Numbered from the stretch's first letter, positions 13,018 through 24,740 are shown. The stretch is DNA of 64,000 nt from Rhizodiscina lignyota (GCA_010015805.1 ML978121.1:1984001-2048000), one strand, 5' to 3'. Made by a program: numbers and translations. The notes: generated by a model not told the origin, from the sequence alone.

Positions 13018-14029
13018 ATGTTGTCCATTCCTACGATTCTCGGACTCGTGTCCTTCGCAGCTGCGCTGACCGTTGATCGGCGTTCGATGTTGAGCAAGAA
13101 GAGCTCGTACCCCTTCGGCAACATCGTTGCCTTTGGCGACGAACTGAGCGACAACGGCAGCGGGTCTTACGCGCATGGGGTCACTGGTGACCCAGCCTCC
13201 GTCTATGGATACGACACTTGGACAAATGGACCGGTGGCGGTGACTTACCTTGCTAAGATGCTTGGGATGACGCTCGACGACTACGCCTTCGGCGGCTGCT
13301 GTGGCGGATCGAAGTATGGAGCAACGATCGATGAGGCGTATAGAACTTCACCTGCTGGTGCCCAATCTGTGAAGCAACAGATTACCAACTACACGAATGC
13401 CGGCGCGAAGGATATCAAGTCGTCGTTGGGGTTTGTCTGGGTCGGCGAGAACGATCTGTCTGAGCACACCGACGCGTACGTAAAGCCTGTCTCACTTGTT
13501 GCAAGGGTATATCTAACATTCTTGTAGCTTTTGGCTAGGCGATCCGCAGAACACGAACTTCGCTGGTAACATTTCGTCCAAGATCGCCGAGCAAGTTGGT
13601 CGCCTGTTCGACCTCGGTGCGCCCTACGTCTTCGTCGCGAACATCTACCCAAAGCACATCGCGCCAGTCACGAAAAAGTATCTCTGTAATACGAACACCG
13701 ACTGCGTCTCGACCTGGGGCGAGGTGATCCAGAACGCCAACGACGCTATTGAATCCGAGCTGAAGCAGTTTGGCGATAAGATCATCTACTATGATGCGTT
13801 CAAGTACATGGAGTACGTGGTCAGTACGGCATCTCTGCACGGATTCACTGCGCCAGACGCCACCACGGTCTATTGTGACGGCATGGGCGATGCGATCTGG
13901 AAGGATTGCGTGACCGACAAGCATGGAAGCCATTACCTGTGGATGAACTTCATTCAACCGACGACGAAGTTCCACTGGTATATCGCCCGAGATATGAAGA
14001 ACCACATTGACTGGCATTTTGGGTTGTAA
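13018..14029 (+). CDS. Secreted GDSL/SGNH-fold (CE16-like) protein, catalytic residues apparently substituted
   Basis: Signal peptide; FGDELSDNG (block I), TNGPV, DYAFGG (II), VGENDL (III), LWMNFIQPTT (V). Intron 13476-13527. Confidence 0.85.
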
Positions 14030-14216
14030 AATATGCGAGATCGCGGAGGAGATTGTTCAGTCAAATCCAATTACGCTGAAGTATCGAACTGAATTATGAA
14101 CAACTTCATTCAACATACATTTGTGCGCAGGAAGCCAATGTATTTGTTGAGTGAGACGGACCCTTCTATTCCTGTACATAAAATTACATTCAACAGCCTA
14201 TCGCAAGGCTGTCTGT

Positions 14217-15813
14217 CTATGATTTGGCCTCATCCTCTTCGTACTTTCTCTGTGCCTCATATCTCTTTCCTCTAAAGGCCCACACACCCCAGTTACCTGC
14301 ACTCACATCGCCAGGATCTAGATCATTTAGATCCCACCGCAAACTTCTGAACCGATTCTCGCCTGGTTCCAGCAGCAAGTCCACCTCTCCACCAACCTTG
14401 TTTTGGACCCAGTTGAGGTCCCTATACATATCCCACTCAGTGTATCCCGTCGCAATGATAGGTACTTTCGTCTCTAACAGCATCGGGATTGTCTCGGCCC
14501 ACTCAAACTCGCTCGCCGGATGCCCCAACCCGGGATGGAACAGGACAAAGCAGTCGAAGTAGGGGTCGAACGGCGCGAAGATGCCACTCTGATGCATCGT
14601 GTGGTAGTACTCCACAAACGTGCTAATCTTCATCTGGTGACCCAACCGATCCTCAATGATGGCTCCAAACGGATTTTCGGGTGTGCGGTCTGGTAGTGGA
14701 AACTCGTGGTCGCGGTTTAGCATTGACTCGGGCCCGATAAAGATGAGGTGGAAGGACACGTCGTTGTACATGTGTGCGAGCTGGATCCAGACGTCGCGTG
14801 GGAGACTGGACTCTGCGCGCGCACCGAGAATGAAGAGGCGCACAGCCGGCGCGGTTGGCTTGAGATTCTTAATGTCTTTGCCGGCGCCTGACTTGGGAGG
14901 ATGTAGAGTATAGCGGAGGGCTGGAATGTGAGGCATTAGCTGAGCTTCATAGAAGAAGTGGGGGAGAGAACGTACCGCTCATGCTTCTGAGGCCTTCGGT
15001 AGTCAAACGTCCACCTTTGTTGATATTGTACGGGCTGAGTTCATGGATCACACTGGCTATAGTCACAGGGTAGGTGAGCAGCCTTGTCACCTGGCGCATC
15101 CTTCGATCGTCGTCGATCGCAGAGAATTCTCTTGTATAAAGTAGGGTGTCCCAATTCGTCATGTTGATCTGTGCTTCAGAGAATTGCGGGCCGGGATATT
15201 CGAATTCGCTGAAAAGACGACCGGACCGCAGGTCATGGTCGTCTTCGTTGGCCTCCCGCAGTGTATGACAGACCTGCACATGTGACTCGTAGTCGTCTGC
15301 CCAATGGTCCTCACAGCAGTATACTGGTATGCCACAATCTGGACACTCAAAGCGGACGTGAGCTGGCGCAGCTCCTCCCGTTGTCGGCTTCTTAGCTTCT
15401 GGGTCATCCGGCGCGGTAGGGAGACGGGTTTGGCGGTGATCTGGGTGCGGGCAGTACGCATGCTGTTTCATGAAAGCTGCCCGTTTCCGGATTTCGGGGA
15501 TGGGGGATTTCGAGAACGGATGAAATAGGTTGTTCTGTTCGAGGATAACTCGTCGGTGGTCGGTAGGAAACTCGGTTTCTGAGAAGCCCGGTGGGCTTCT
15601 AGGCTCGACATAAGGCTCTTTGTTAAGATCGACTTCTTGAGGAGAAGAGAGTGGTCTCCTGGTGGATATAGAGGCTCTCGCAATTTTCGAGTTCAGCGAG
15701 CGAAGACTATTGCTGCGGCACGAAGGGAGAGAAAGGTGGCCGAGCGAGCGATTGAAGCTCGAGCTCCTTCGCAGAGCTACCAGACATCTCCGGCACGTGT
15801 ATCCGGAAGACAT
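14217..15813 (-). CDS. MSS51: Mss51, mitochondrial COX1 translation/assembly factor
   Basis: Mitochondrial presequence-like N-terminus; CPDCGIPVYC zinc finger; EDDHDLRSGR, LGARAESSLP, FHPGLGHP, WDLNDLDP. Intron 14921-14975. Confidence 0.93.
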
Positions 15814-16106
15814 TGCGGCGAGCGTTGGCTTCTTTGAAGCAGTGGAGAGCGTCCTTAGGCCGTCTAACGTGATGGAGTGAAGAAGTGTAGTGGGCCAATC
15901 AGGAGCCCCCGCCACGGCAAGCTCCACTACCTGAAAAGTTGTGGAGCTCTAAATTCAAGCTTCACACAACACCTCCACCAAAACACCACACATCTCTCCA
16001 CCTGAAGAATATCTCGTTCAACTCGAGCGCCTTCTTCGCAACTTCTCCTACCTGATCTGCTAGCAAAGTTTTCGAAGCCCCGGCGCCGCCGGGCAAGCAG
16101 CCCAGC

Positions 16107-19100
16107 ATGGCGACGACCTCCTCGATGTTTATGTACTCGCTCACAATCAAACCTCCGACCGCAATCACCCAGGCAGTGCAAGGACAATTCTCTGGCACGA
16201 AAGAGCAGCAACTCATAACTGCTTGTGGCTCATATCTGACGCTCTACCGGCCGGGCTCCACTCTAGGCAGCTTCAATCCCGCTCTGTCGCGAAATGTCTT
16301 CGGCATCATTCGAACCCTCTCCGCTTTCCGCCTGTCGGGAACAGCTAAAGGTACGTCGAACACACTCTTGCTCTTGAAGAGCTCCGTTAGTGATTTTTGA
16401 AAAGCGCGCCTAGCAGCACGACCAGACCGAGCGGATGGCGAAGGCTTGTTCGTGCTGCTAGCTACGGCTACTTTGTTATGGATGATACTACGTCTAATGT
16501 AGACATAGATTTCCTCATCGTAGGTTCCGACTCCGGCCGCATCACCATCCTCGAATACAAACCCGAAAAGAATACCTTCAAGCGTGTGCATCTCGAGACA
16601 TTTGGAAAGTCAGGAATACGGCGGGTTGTTCCCGGTCAATATTTGGCGACGGATCCAAAGGGTAGAGCCTGCATGATGGCGTCGGTGGAGAAGAACAAGA
16701 TCGTCTATGTGCTCAACAGAAATGCGCAAGCTGAGCTCACCATATCCTCTCCACTGGAAGCCCACAAGCCACAAACGCTAGTCTTTGCTCTGGTCGGGCT
16801 CGATGTTGGCTACGAGAACCCGATATTCGCAGCTTTGGAAGTCGACTACAGTGAGTCGGAGCAAGATCCGACGGGCCAAGCATATCTGGAAGTGGAGAAG
16901 CAACTGGTCTACTATGAGCTCGACCTTGGACTTAACCACGTCGTGCGCAAGTGGACAGATGTCGTCGATCGGACAGCGAATATGTTGCTCCAAGTGCCAG
17001 GAGGCAGCGACGGACCGAGCGGCGTTCTAGTGTGCGGTGAAGAAAGCATCACATATCGCCACTCGAATCAAGACCCTTTACGTGTCGATATTCCTCGACG
17101 CCAAGGTGCGACTGAGGACCCTGGTCGGAAACGCTATATCGTCGCCGGCCTAATGCACAAGATGCGCGATGATTTCTTCTTCCTGGTTCAGACCGAAGAC
17201 GGAGATCTCTTCAAAGTGAAACTCCAGATGGTCAAGGATGAGAACGAAAAGTCAACGGGCGAGATTAGGTGTTTGACGATCAAATACTTCGAAACTGTTC
17301 CTGTTGCGACAAGTATCGTGATCTTACGGAGCGGCTTTCTCTTTGTAGCCACTGAGACTGGTAAACAGCTCTTCTACGCGTTCGAAGATCTTTCAGAGGG
17401 CCCCGAGGATACGTATACCAGCGATGATTTCCCAGTGGATCCCAGAGAGCCCCACGAGCCTGTCTACTTCCGTCCCGGTCCACGTGGAAATATCTTTCAT
17501 TCTTCGACAATTGACTCGATGAACCCTGTCACAGACTGCAAGGTTGCCAACCTCTTACATGAGGATGCCCCGCAAATATACACGATCTCGGGTACTGGTG
17601 CCAGAAGCAATTTCAACATGCTAAAGCATGGTTTGGGGGTCGACGAGTTCGCCGAATCCGCATTGCCTGGCGTGGCACAAGCCGTGTGGACCACGAAGAA
17701 GGCGCGAAGCGACCCCTACGACTCGTACATTATTCTGACAATTTCGAACAATCAAACTTTCGTCCTCAGTTTAGGCGCCAATATCGAGGAAGTCACAGAT
17801 ACAGGATTCCTTACATCTGTCCCGACATTAGCAGTTCAGTTGCTGGGCGACGATGCTCTGCTGCAAGTCCATCCCAGGGGCATCAGACACATTCTACCTG
17901 ATGGCAAAGTGAACGAGTGGGGAGCTCCCCAACATCGTACGATTGTTGCGGCAACTACGAATGAGCATCAGGTCGCGATAGCGCTCAGTTCCGGCGAGGT
18001 TGTCTACTTTGAGGTGGACAACGAGGGTAACCTAGCGGAGTATCAGGAAAGACGAGAGATGGCTGCGACGGTCACTTGCTTGAGCTTGGGTGAAGTCCCT
18101 CCCGGTCGCATTCGAAGCGAATTCCTCGCCGTGGGATGCGCTGATTCCACCGTGCGGATATTCAGCGTGGATCCTGAGAACTGCCTCGAGGACAAATCCG
18201 TGCAGGCCCTGACAGCTGTGCCATCTGCCTTGCACATTATGCCCATGGCAGACACTTCGTCTGGCGGGCAAACTCTGTTTCTTCACATCGGTCTCCACTC
18301 AGGTGTCTACCTCAGAGTCATGATCGACGAAGTCACTGGCGATCTCTCAGACACTCGCACGAGATTCCTTGGACCACAACCAGTGAAACTCTCCCAAGTG
18401 TCCGCAAATGGCCAACCTGCTATACTGGCGTTGAGCTCTCAGCCCTGGCTCGGTTATGCAGAGCGCGAAACGCATGTCTTCAAGTTGACCCCTTTGAATT
18501 ACCGACAGCTTGAATGGGGATGGAATCTTCGCATGAGTGCAATTCCGGAGGGCATAGTGGCCATCACTGGAGACAGTCTTCGGTAAGCCACTGCTATGAT
18601 TTCTTGAATCTTGCGCGTTGCCTGATGAAAAATCTTCAAATCTCTGATCTTTGATGAGGATTGCTTTCTATTCCAATTGTTCCTACTGATCTGCCATGCC
18701 TCTCAATCATGGGTTCATCGACTTCATCATGTAGTGTACGGCAAAACTGACTCTTGTGACAGCATCCTCACGGTCGAGAGTCTCACGAGCAACCTTCTCC
18801 ATGAATCTATACCGCTTACATACACGCCTCGTCACTTTGTGAAACATCCGCATCTGCCTCTCTTTTACGTCATCGAAGCTGACAACAACACTATGGCTCA
18901 AGACACCCGCACGAAGCTCTTGTCCGGTCCGAACGTGGTGAATGGCGATGCAAATGTTCTGCCACCCGAAACCTTCGGCTATCCTCGAGGAAAGGGTCAC
19001 TGGGCGTCTTGCGTGGAGGTTGTTGATCCTTTCATACAGATCACAGATCCTACCACGGAGACAAAAGCGCCCTTGTTCACTGAACATTTCGAGCCCAACG

Positions 19101-20165
19101 AAGCTGCCATTAGCGTTGGCACCGTCACCTTCGCTTCCAAGGACGAAGAGGCCTTTTTGGTCGTCGGTACCGGCGTGCAAATGACCGCCTCCCCTCCATC
19201 CGACAAAGGCGGCTACATCCATCTGTTCCGCTTCGTAGACGAAGGCCGTAAGCTTGAGTGGATGCACAAGTCAAAAACGGAGGCTCCGCCTCGCGTCCTC
19301 CAGGCCTTCCAAGGCCGTCTTCTTGTAGGCATGGGCCGAGACCTGCGCATCTACGACTTTGGTGTGAAGCAGCTCCTCCGCAAAACGCAAGCCATGAACG
19401 TCGTCCCCAACCTCATCGTCGGTCTCGCAACCCAAGGATTCCGAATTGTCTGCGCAGACATCCAGGAGAGCGTCATGTACTGCGTGTACAAGTATCAGGA
19501 AAACAGCATCGTAAAGTTCTGTGACGACAGCATCGCTCGCTGGAATACCTGCTCCCCCGTCATGGTCGACTACGATACTGCTGCGGCTGGCGACAAGTTC
19601 GGCAACATCTGGTTCGTTCGTTGCCCGAAAGCTGTGTCCGACCTCGTGGATGAGGAGGGCAGCACGCATCTGGCCATGCAGAGGGAGTACCTCCAGGGTA
19701 CGGAACATCGGGTTGAGCTCATGGTGCATTTCTGTGTCCACGATATCCCGACTAGCGTCCACAAGACAAGCCTCGTTCCTGGTGGCCGTGATGTCGTATT
19801 ATGGAGTGGACTGCAGGGCACGCTAGGCATTCTGGTGCCGTTCGTGAGTAGGGAGGACGTCGAACTCTTCCAACAGCTGCAAAGCGAGATGCGCAAGAAT
19901 GAAGCGGAGCCGCCTCTTGCCGGAAGGGACCACTTGGCATATCGCAGCTACTATGCCGCTGAAAAGGGATGCATCGATGGAGATCTTTGCGAGCGGTTCG
20001 TCATGCTGCCGCGTGAGAAGAAGGAGGCCATTGCGGTGGAGCTGGACAATCGTAGCGTTCGGGAGATCGAGCGTAAGATTGCGGTAAGTCTCTTCTACTT
20101 CCTATGATGCAAGAACGGCGTACTTATCAATGTCACAGGATTTCCGAACGCGCGCCGCTTTCTAA
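16107..20165 (+). CDS. RSE1: Pre-mRNA splicing factor Rse1 / SF3B3 (SAP130)
   Basis: [67 protein letters not shown]. Introns 16351-16508, 18583-18762 and about 20084-20138. Confidence 0.97.
18620..18692 (+). ncRNA. Intronic box C/D snoRNA, predicted guide for 18S rRNA Am541 (yeast numbering; snR41/SNORD62-type site)
   Basis: Box C TGATGA 18623-18628, D' CTGA 18644-18647, C' TGATGA 18652-18657, D CTGA 18686-18689. The 13-nt guide TCCAATTGTTCCT (18672-18684) is complementary to 18S AGGAACAAUUGGA. Confidence 0.88.
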
Positions 20166-20660
20166 GCACTTTGGCGGGAATGTCTCTGACTGATTCTTGG
20201 GAGTTGAGTGGCTCATGTCGTGGCGCATATGCGCCAGTCAAGGTGGCTCAGGCAGCTTTGAATAGGGCAAAAAGACTGTAACGATAGGACGAGTGATCAC
20301 TACAAATGGATGACATTGAAAATGGCCGAAGTGCGCAAGTTCATCTCCCGTGAGGGGTATCATTGATTCTATGGTACTGTTCGTTCGTTTCCCATTACCG
20401 CAAGACCGATTCCCATGATGCGTGTCGCTATGCCCCAATCCACGGTCCCGAGATACAAGGAAACCTTTGAATGTCGGCCACCACGAACACCCGAGGCTAT
20501 GCTACAAAATCCAGAATGCTGCCAAAAGAGTGGACGCTGCCGTCAAAGGCAGACAAAATGAAATCAAAAAAGGGACCAGACAAGGTATCTGGGAAATGAG
20601 TGTAAGAAGTGAAAGTAGAAAAGGAAATCACACCGCCAACACTGATGTTCACACGCCCTC

Positions 20661-23600
20661 TCAAGGCATCTCAAGCTCATCGCGATCGCTCCTCTTAATC
20701 ACACCCGAAATTCGACCAGTACCGCCAGGCAATAAGCCATCGAACGTAGCCTCATCCGCTTTCGCCACATCCTGCCAACCATGCCAGACATTCCACACCG
20801 TCGATGCCGCTCGGATCTCGTGCTGCGGCATATACTGCACAATCTCGCCAAGATACGTATCGCTCACAGTCATAACACAGCTCGCCAGCGCCTCGCGGCG
20901 CTTTTGGAAGTGCGGATCCAGGACGTGCGGCGCGGGACTGTCCAGCGAGGAGTTGTCAAAGTTTCTCGACTGGATGCGCGCGTAGCCACAGGAGATGAGC
21001 TCGATCTCGGTGAGTGTGGACGCTGCGATGCGGGCGTTATCCGCATTGGAAGTTGTATACGGATAGTCGCCGAGGTTCTTTCCAGGCGAGATAATGTCGA
21101 GCACATACGGCCATGATCCAGAGCGATGCGGGCCGCGCCAGGTTAGGGTCGGAGCAAGGGGGTTTGCAATCGGAGGCGGCGCGGGCAGTTGCCAGGGCTG
21201 CTGAGCACCAATATTGTTGTTGTTTTGGTTCTGATTCTGGATAGCAGGAAGCACACCAGGTCCAACAGGTTGGGCGTTTAGTGGCGGAGGTGGCGCCACG
21301 CCTTGATTGTTTGCGTTCTGACCAGCATTCGCTCGTTCGAGTGGGCTGAGCGAGACGGAGTCAAGCGTCAGCTTATTGAGGCAGGCAGACTCGTGCTTCA
21401 TTACGAGCGTAGTGAATGCCAAAGGCGGGATCCAACAATTCGCGAGGGTTAAATGTTCCACATGAGGAAAGGCGATCACGGTCTCCTCCAGACGTTCGCG
21501 AGAAGGATGACCATCAGCCATGAAGCCGGATGGAAGCACGGGCGCCGGAAGCAGGTGCCGATTCCTGGCATGCACGCCTTCTGCATATTCTCCACCACTT
21601 GCCCAGCCAATTTGGAGAGTCTTGATGTTCTCCATTGGCGCTAGGAAGTTCTGCAGAAGCTTATAGAAAGGCCTTAGAGCTTCTGAAGGGAATTCCATCG
21701 GCGTGTGGACAAAGCCAGCAGGATCCTTTTCGACAGTGCGCCAGTCAGCGATCACCTTGATGATTACTGTATGAAGATTCGGCAAAGCGCTCCAAAAGTC
21801 GTCGCGACACAGTGAGTGCAGATATCGACTGGAAATGCGCGAGAAGTTGATAGTGTGGACGTTCTCGAAAGTCTTGGGGTTATCGATGATCGCAACCATG
21901 TAGGATGAGAGGAAAGCTCGCTGTGCCCACTCTGTTTCCAGCAGCCACTCCCTTTGAAGCTTCGTAAGATCGTTCGGCACAAGGGCATGGCGCTTAAGAA
22001 GATGTCCTTCAAACATGTCTTCTATCGTGTAAAGCGCACCCCTGCGACCGGGCTGTAGCGGAGATTCGGTGTCTCCAAGGAATGAATCGGGTTCGTTGTG
22101 ACCTTCTGTCCAATTGGAAAGAGAACCCTTACCAGTTGGACGCTTCTTGTTGTCTCGATGACGCACGATAACACCATTGACAATAGAAAGCTTGCCAGAT
22201 TTGGCAAAATCCTCGCCAGTACCATCCATGACACTAGCCATGGACTCGTCCGGGTTGTTAGATAGTGCAGATGAAGTGGAAGGCGCAGTGACCTTCAGCG
22301 GCATGATTGCACTGTGCGCGTCCCGGATCAGATTATCATTCACGAAGTTAATGTCGTCATGAGACATCAATCCGTTGGCGGTCTGTTCCTCCGCCAAAGC
22401 CTGGAATTCCGCGATTGTGAACTTAAAATCCACGTGTCGGAGCTTCGCGTGTCGCAAATTGCAGGCTCCTGCCATGCCATTGTGCAGATCCTCGAGCATT
22501 TTCCACAATCCTCGCTTCGCCCGCATCTGTCGGTCTGCTATCGCATGCGACGATCCAAACACAGTAGAAGGTCCTTTCAGGATGCGGCTGCGCATGGACA
22601 GATCAGGACCATTGAGCCAGCCCAGTCCGCTATCGATCGACAATGCGAGCTCCTTGACCTTCTTCAAATATGAAAATGCTTGCTTCATTTTGGGGGTTTC
22701 GTCGGCGGCCGATTCCAAATTAGCAACATGGTCAAATCGCCTATAGTTCTGATATGGCCATGGAAAGTGGCCCCAATAGGTATCATGAAGTTCCATCGTT
22801 GTCTTTTTTGGCGGTCGAGCCAATATCTCCTCATCCACCTCAAAACTCATGCCGTAGCGCTGAATATGAGGACCAAAGCCGCGATATACATCGATGCCGT
22901 GACCAGTATAGATGTCGTCGCAATTGGCGTTCTTCCATACTGTGCCGAAATCAGATGCGCGAGCCTTGCCTTTGCCTTTGACATCTCGCTTGATTGGTGC
23001 GGCTGGTTCAGAATCCACTTCAAGCATGCCGTAGATTTCGGTGTTGAAAGGAACGACAACTGTTGAGAAAAGCGCATGCGACACGTGCTTCTCGAACTCC
23101 TTGCACGCGAGTCTCATGGCTTTGATTTCGTCTCGTGGTAAGTAGCCGATGATGAGATCGTACAATTCCGCAGGCATTTTTTGCGCTGGCCATCCACGAC
23201 CAGATCTCACCGGACACTGCGGAGGAGAGCCAGAGGAAGCCGGTTTGGCCAGAATGGTGGAAGAGGACTCTTGATTGCACACATCTTGGAGCTCTTGAAG
23301 CCTATTCGCATAATCTGCTCGCGAATTCTTAACGTTTTCGTTACCGATCCAGTGAGGAAGGACGCGGCGAGCTCTCTCGAGACCCCAGAGTGAGAGGATG
23401 CCACGAGCCCTCTTTTCGAAACTTGGAGGCGCCAAAGCAACCAATGGTACGTACTTTGCCGGAAGTTTCTTCGGATCACGCATATCCGGCCACACGTCAC
23501 TACCACCACCATTCGAAGCCTCAAATTGGTAGAGTAGAATCGCATCTGGGTCGAGATGCTCAACGTCGTCAAAACTTGGATATCGTGTATCCTCCTCTCC

Positions 23601-24740
23601 CTCGTCACCGTCTTCGGAAAAGTCGAAATCTGAAGATTGTGGCGTTGCAGAGGCGATGGACACTGCCCTGTTCGCCCCAGATAGGACCTTCTCTTTGACT
23701 ATCAGGGCTGATTTAATGGTAGCTTGTGCTCTTCCACGGAGAATAGCATTTGGCGAGTCAGTGGGTGAGTGACGTACGCCATCCTTCTCGTATCTCCAGT
23801 CGTCCAGATAGTTTTCAGAGGCGTGGCCTTTAGCATCACCAGCCATCATAGACATCGCGTAGTCCATATCCCAATGATTTGGGTTCGTTGTGTCAGCTAC
23901 ATTGGAAGTATGGCGGTTCCTGTGTTGATGTGCAGGCCCAGAAGCCGATGAGCTTCCTTCGTCATGTGAGGGCTCCCTGTGAAATCTTTGAAACGGAGCA
24001 CGGCCTCCTCTCCCTACGAAACCGCGACCACGTGGGGCGCGGCCGCGCCTATTTGGCCTAGATGTACTGGACAGGTCCAAGGCTTGGATTTGTGCGCTAG
24101 AGCCACGAGAGTTTGAACCTTTCGGCGGAGTAATCGGAAAGGAGCCGGGGATAGGATAACTGAAAGGCGATAGAGGTGGTGCCTGCGTTGGCCCCGTGCT
24201 GGGGGAAGGACCTGGCGCAACTTGAAGACTCGGAACATGGGAATTTCCAGACATGGCCTCCTCCATCTCTTCCTCTGTGAGATCGCTCAGACCAGGGCCT
24301 TGTCCGTAGCCGTAATTATGACTGGAGAAGCCTGCCATCGCCTCTGGCGCATGAGTGGCGGATGTTGCGCCATGTGAAGGAAGTGATCGGTTCGGTGTGA
24401 GTGGTTGGGTCATGTCACTGTCTTGCGTAGGATAAGTAGGGTCGGAGTTGGAGACAATGTTTGGAACGCTACCAAGATCGCCACTGGAAGGACTAGAAGG
24501 CATGAATGAAACGGCGCGCGGATTCAGCAGCCTAGGCGAATTGGGAGTCTTGAATACACGAGTTAGCTGAAATCCACCTCTGGGGAAAGGAACCGGCAAA
24601 ACAATACGTACAATTTCCATCTCCTCCATGTTGCTGAACGAGCCAGAGTCGATATCCATAGCGTGTGGAGAATTACCAGATTGCGCGTCCCTCCGCGTTG
24701 TGGAGCTTGCGGAGAGCTGGTCGCGTTGTGGGTGGTTCAT
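20661..24740 (-). CDS. Large F-box-like domain protein, function unknown
   Basis: 1359-aa ORF; F-box-like KMPAELYDLIIGYLPRDEIKAMRLACKEF followed by RNI/LRR-like segments. Probable in-frame 63-nt intron 24549-24611. Confidence 0.75.
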   Translation of the reverse strand: MNHPQRDQLSASSTTRRDAQSGNSPHAMDIDSGSFSNMEEMEIVRIVLPVPFPRGGFQLTRVFKTPNSPRLLNPRAVSFMPSSPSSGDLGSVPNIVSNSDPTYPTQDSDMTQPLTPNRSLPSHGATSATHAPEAMAGFSSHNYGYGQGPGLSDLTEEEMEEAMSGNSHVPSLQVAPGPSPSTGPTQAPPLSPFSYPIPGSFPITPPKGSNSRGSSAQIQALDLSSTSRPNRRGRAPRGRGFVGRGGRAPFQRFHREPSHDEGSSSASGPAHQHRNRHTSNVADTTNPNHWDMDYAMSMMAGDAKGHASENYLDDWRYEKDGVRHSPTDSPNAILRGRAQATIKSALIVKEKVLSGANRAVSIASATPQSSDFDFSEDGDEGEEDTRYPSFDDVEHLDPDAILLYQFEASNGGGSDVWPDMRDPKKLPAKYVPLVALAPPSFEKRARGILSLWGLERARRVLPHWIGNENVKNSRADYANRLQELQDVCNQESSSTILAKPASSGSPPQCPVRSGRGWPAQKMPAELYDLIIGYLPRDEIKAMRLACKEFEKHVSHALFSTVVVPFNTEIYGMLEVDSEPAAPIKRDVKGKGKARASDFGTVWKNANCDDIYTGHGIDVYRGFGPHIQRYGMSFEVDEEILARPPKKTTMELHDTYWGHFPWPYQNYRRFDHVANLESAADETPKMKQAFSYLKKVKELALSIDSGLGWLNGPDLSMRSRILKGPSTVFGSSHAIADRQMRAKRGLWKMLEDLHNGMAGACNLRHAKLRHVDFKFTIAEFQALAEEQTANGLMSHDDINFVNDNLIRDAHSAIMPLKVTAPSTSSALSNNPDESMASVMDGTGEDFAKSGKLSIVNGVIVRHRDNKKRPTGKGSLSNWTEGHNEPDSFLGDTESPLQPGRRGALYTIEDMFEGHLLKRHALVPNDLTKLQREWLLETEWAQRAFLSSYMVAIIDNPKTFENVHTINFSRISSRYLHSLCRDDFWSALPNLHTVIIKVIADWRTVEKDPAGFVHTPMEFPSEALRPFYKLLQNFLAPMENIKTLQIGWASGGEYAEGVHARNRHLLPAPVLPSGFMADGHPSRERLEETVIAFPHVEHLTLANCWIPPLAFTTLVMKHESACLNKLTLDSVSLSPLERANAGQNANNQGVAPPPPLNAQPVGPGVLPAIQNQNQNNNNIGAQQPWQLPAPPPIANPLAPTLTWRGPHRSGSWPYVLDIISPGKNLGDYPYTTSNADNARIAASTLTEIELISCGYARIQSRNFDNSSLDSPAPHVLDPHFQKRREALASCVMTVSDTYLGEIVQYMPQHEIRAASTVWNVWHGWQDVAKADEATFDGLLPGGTGRISGVIKRSDRDELEMP

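Noticed and set aside
16397..16508. N-terminal extensions in the ORF track for RSE1 (16397, 18677), CYP505 (7601), NSUN5 (28455) and nuo51 (42081)
   Set aside because: They run through introns or UTRs from alternative start codons; spliced models restore the conserved sequences.
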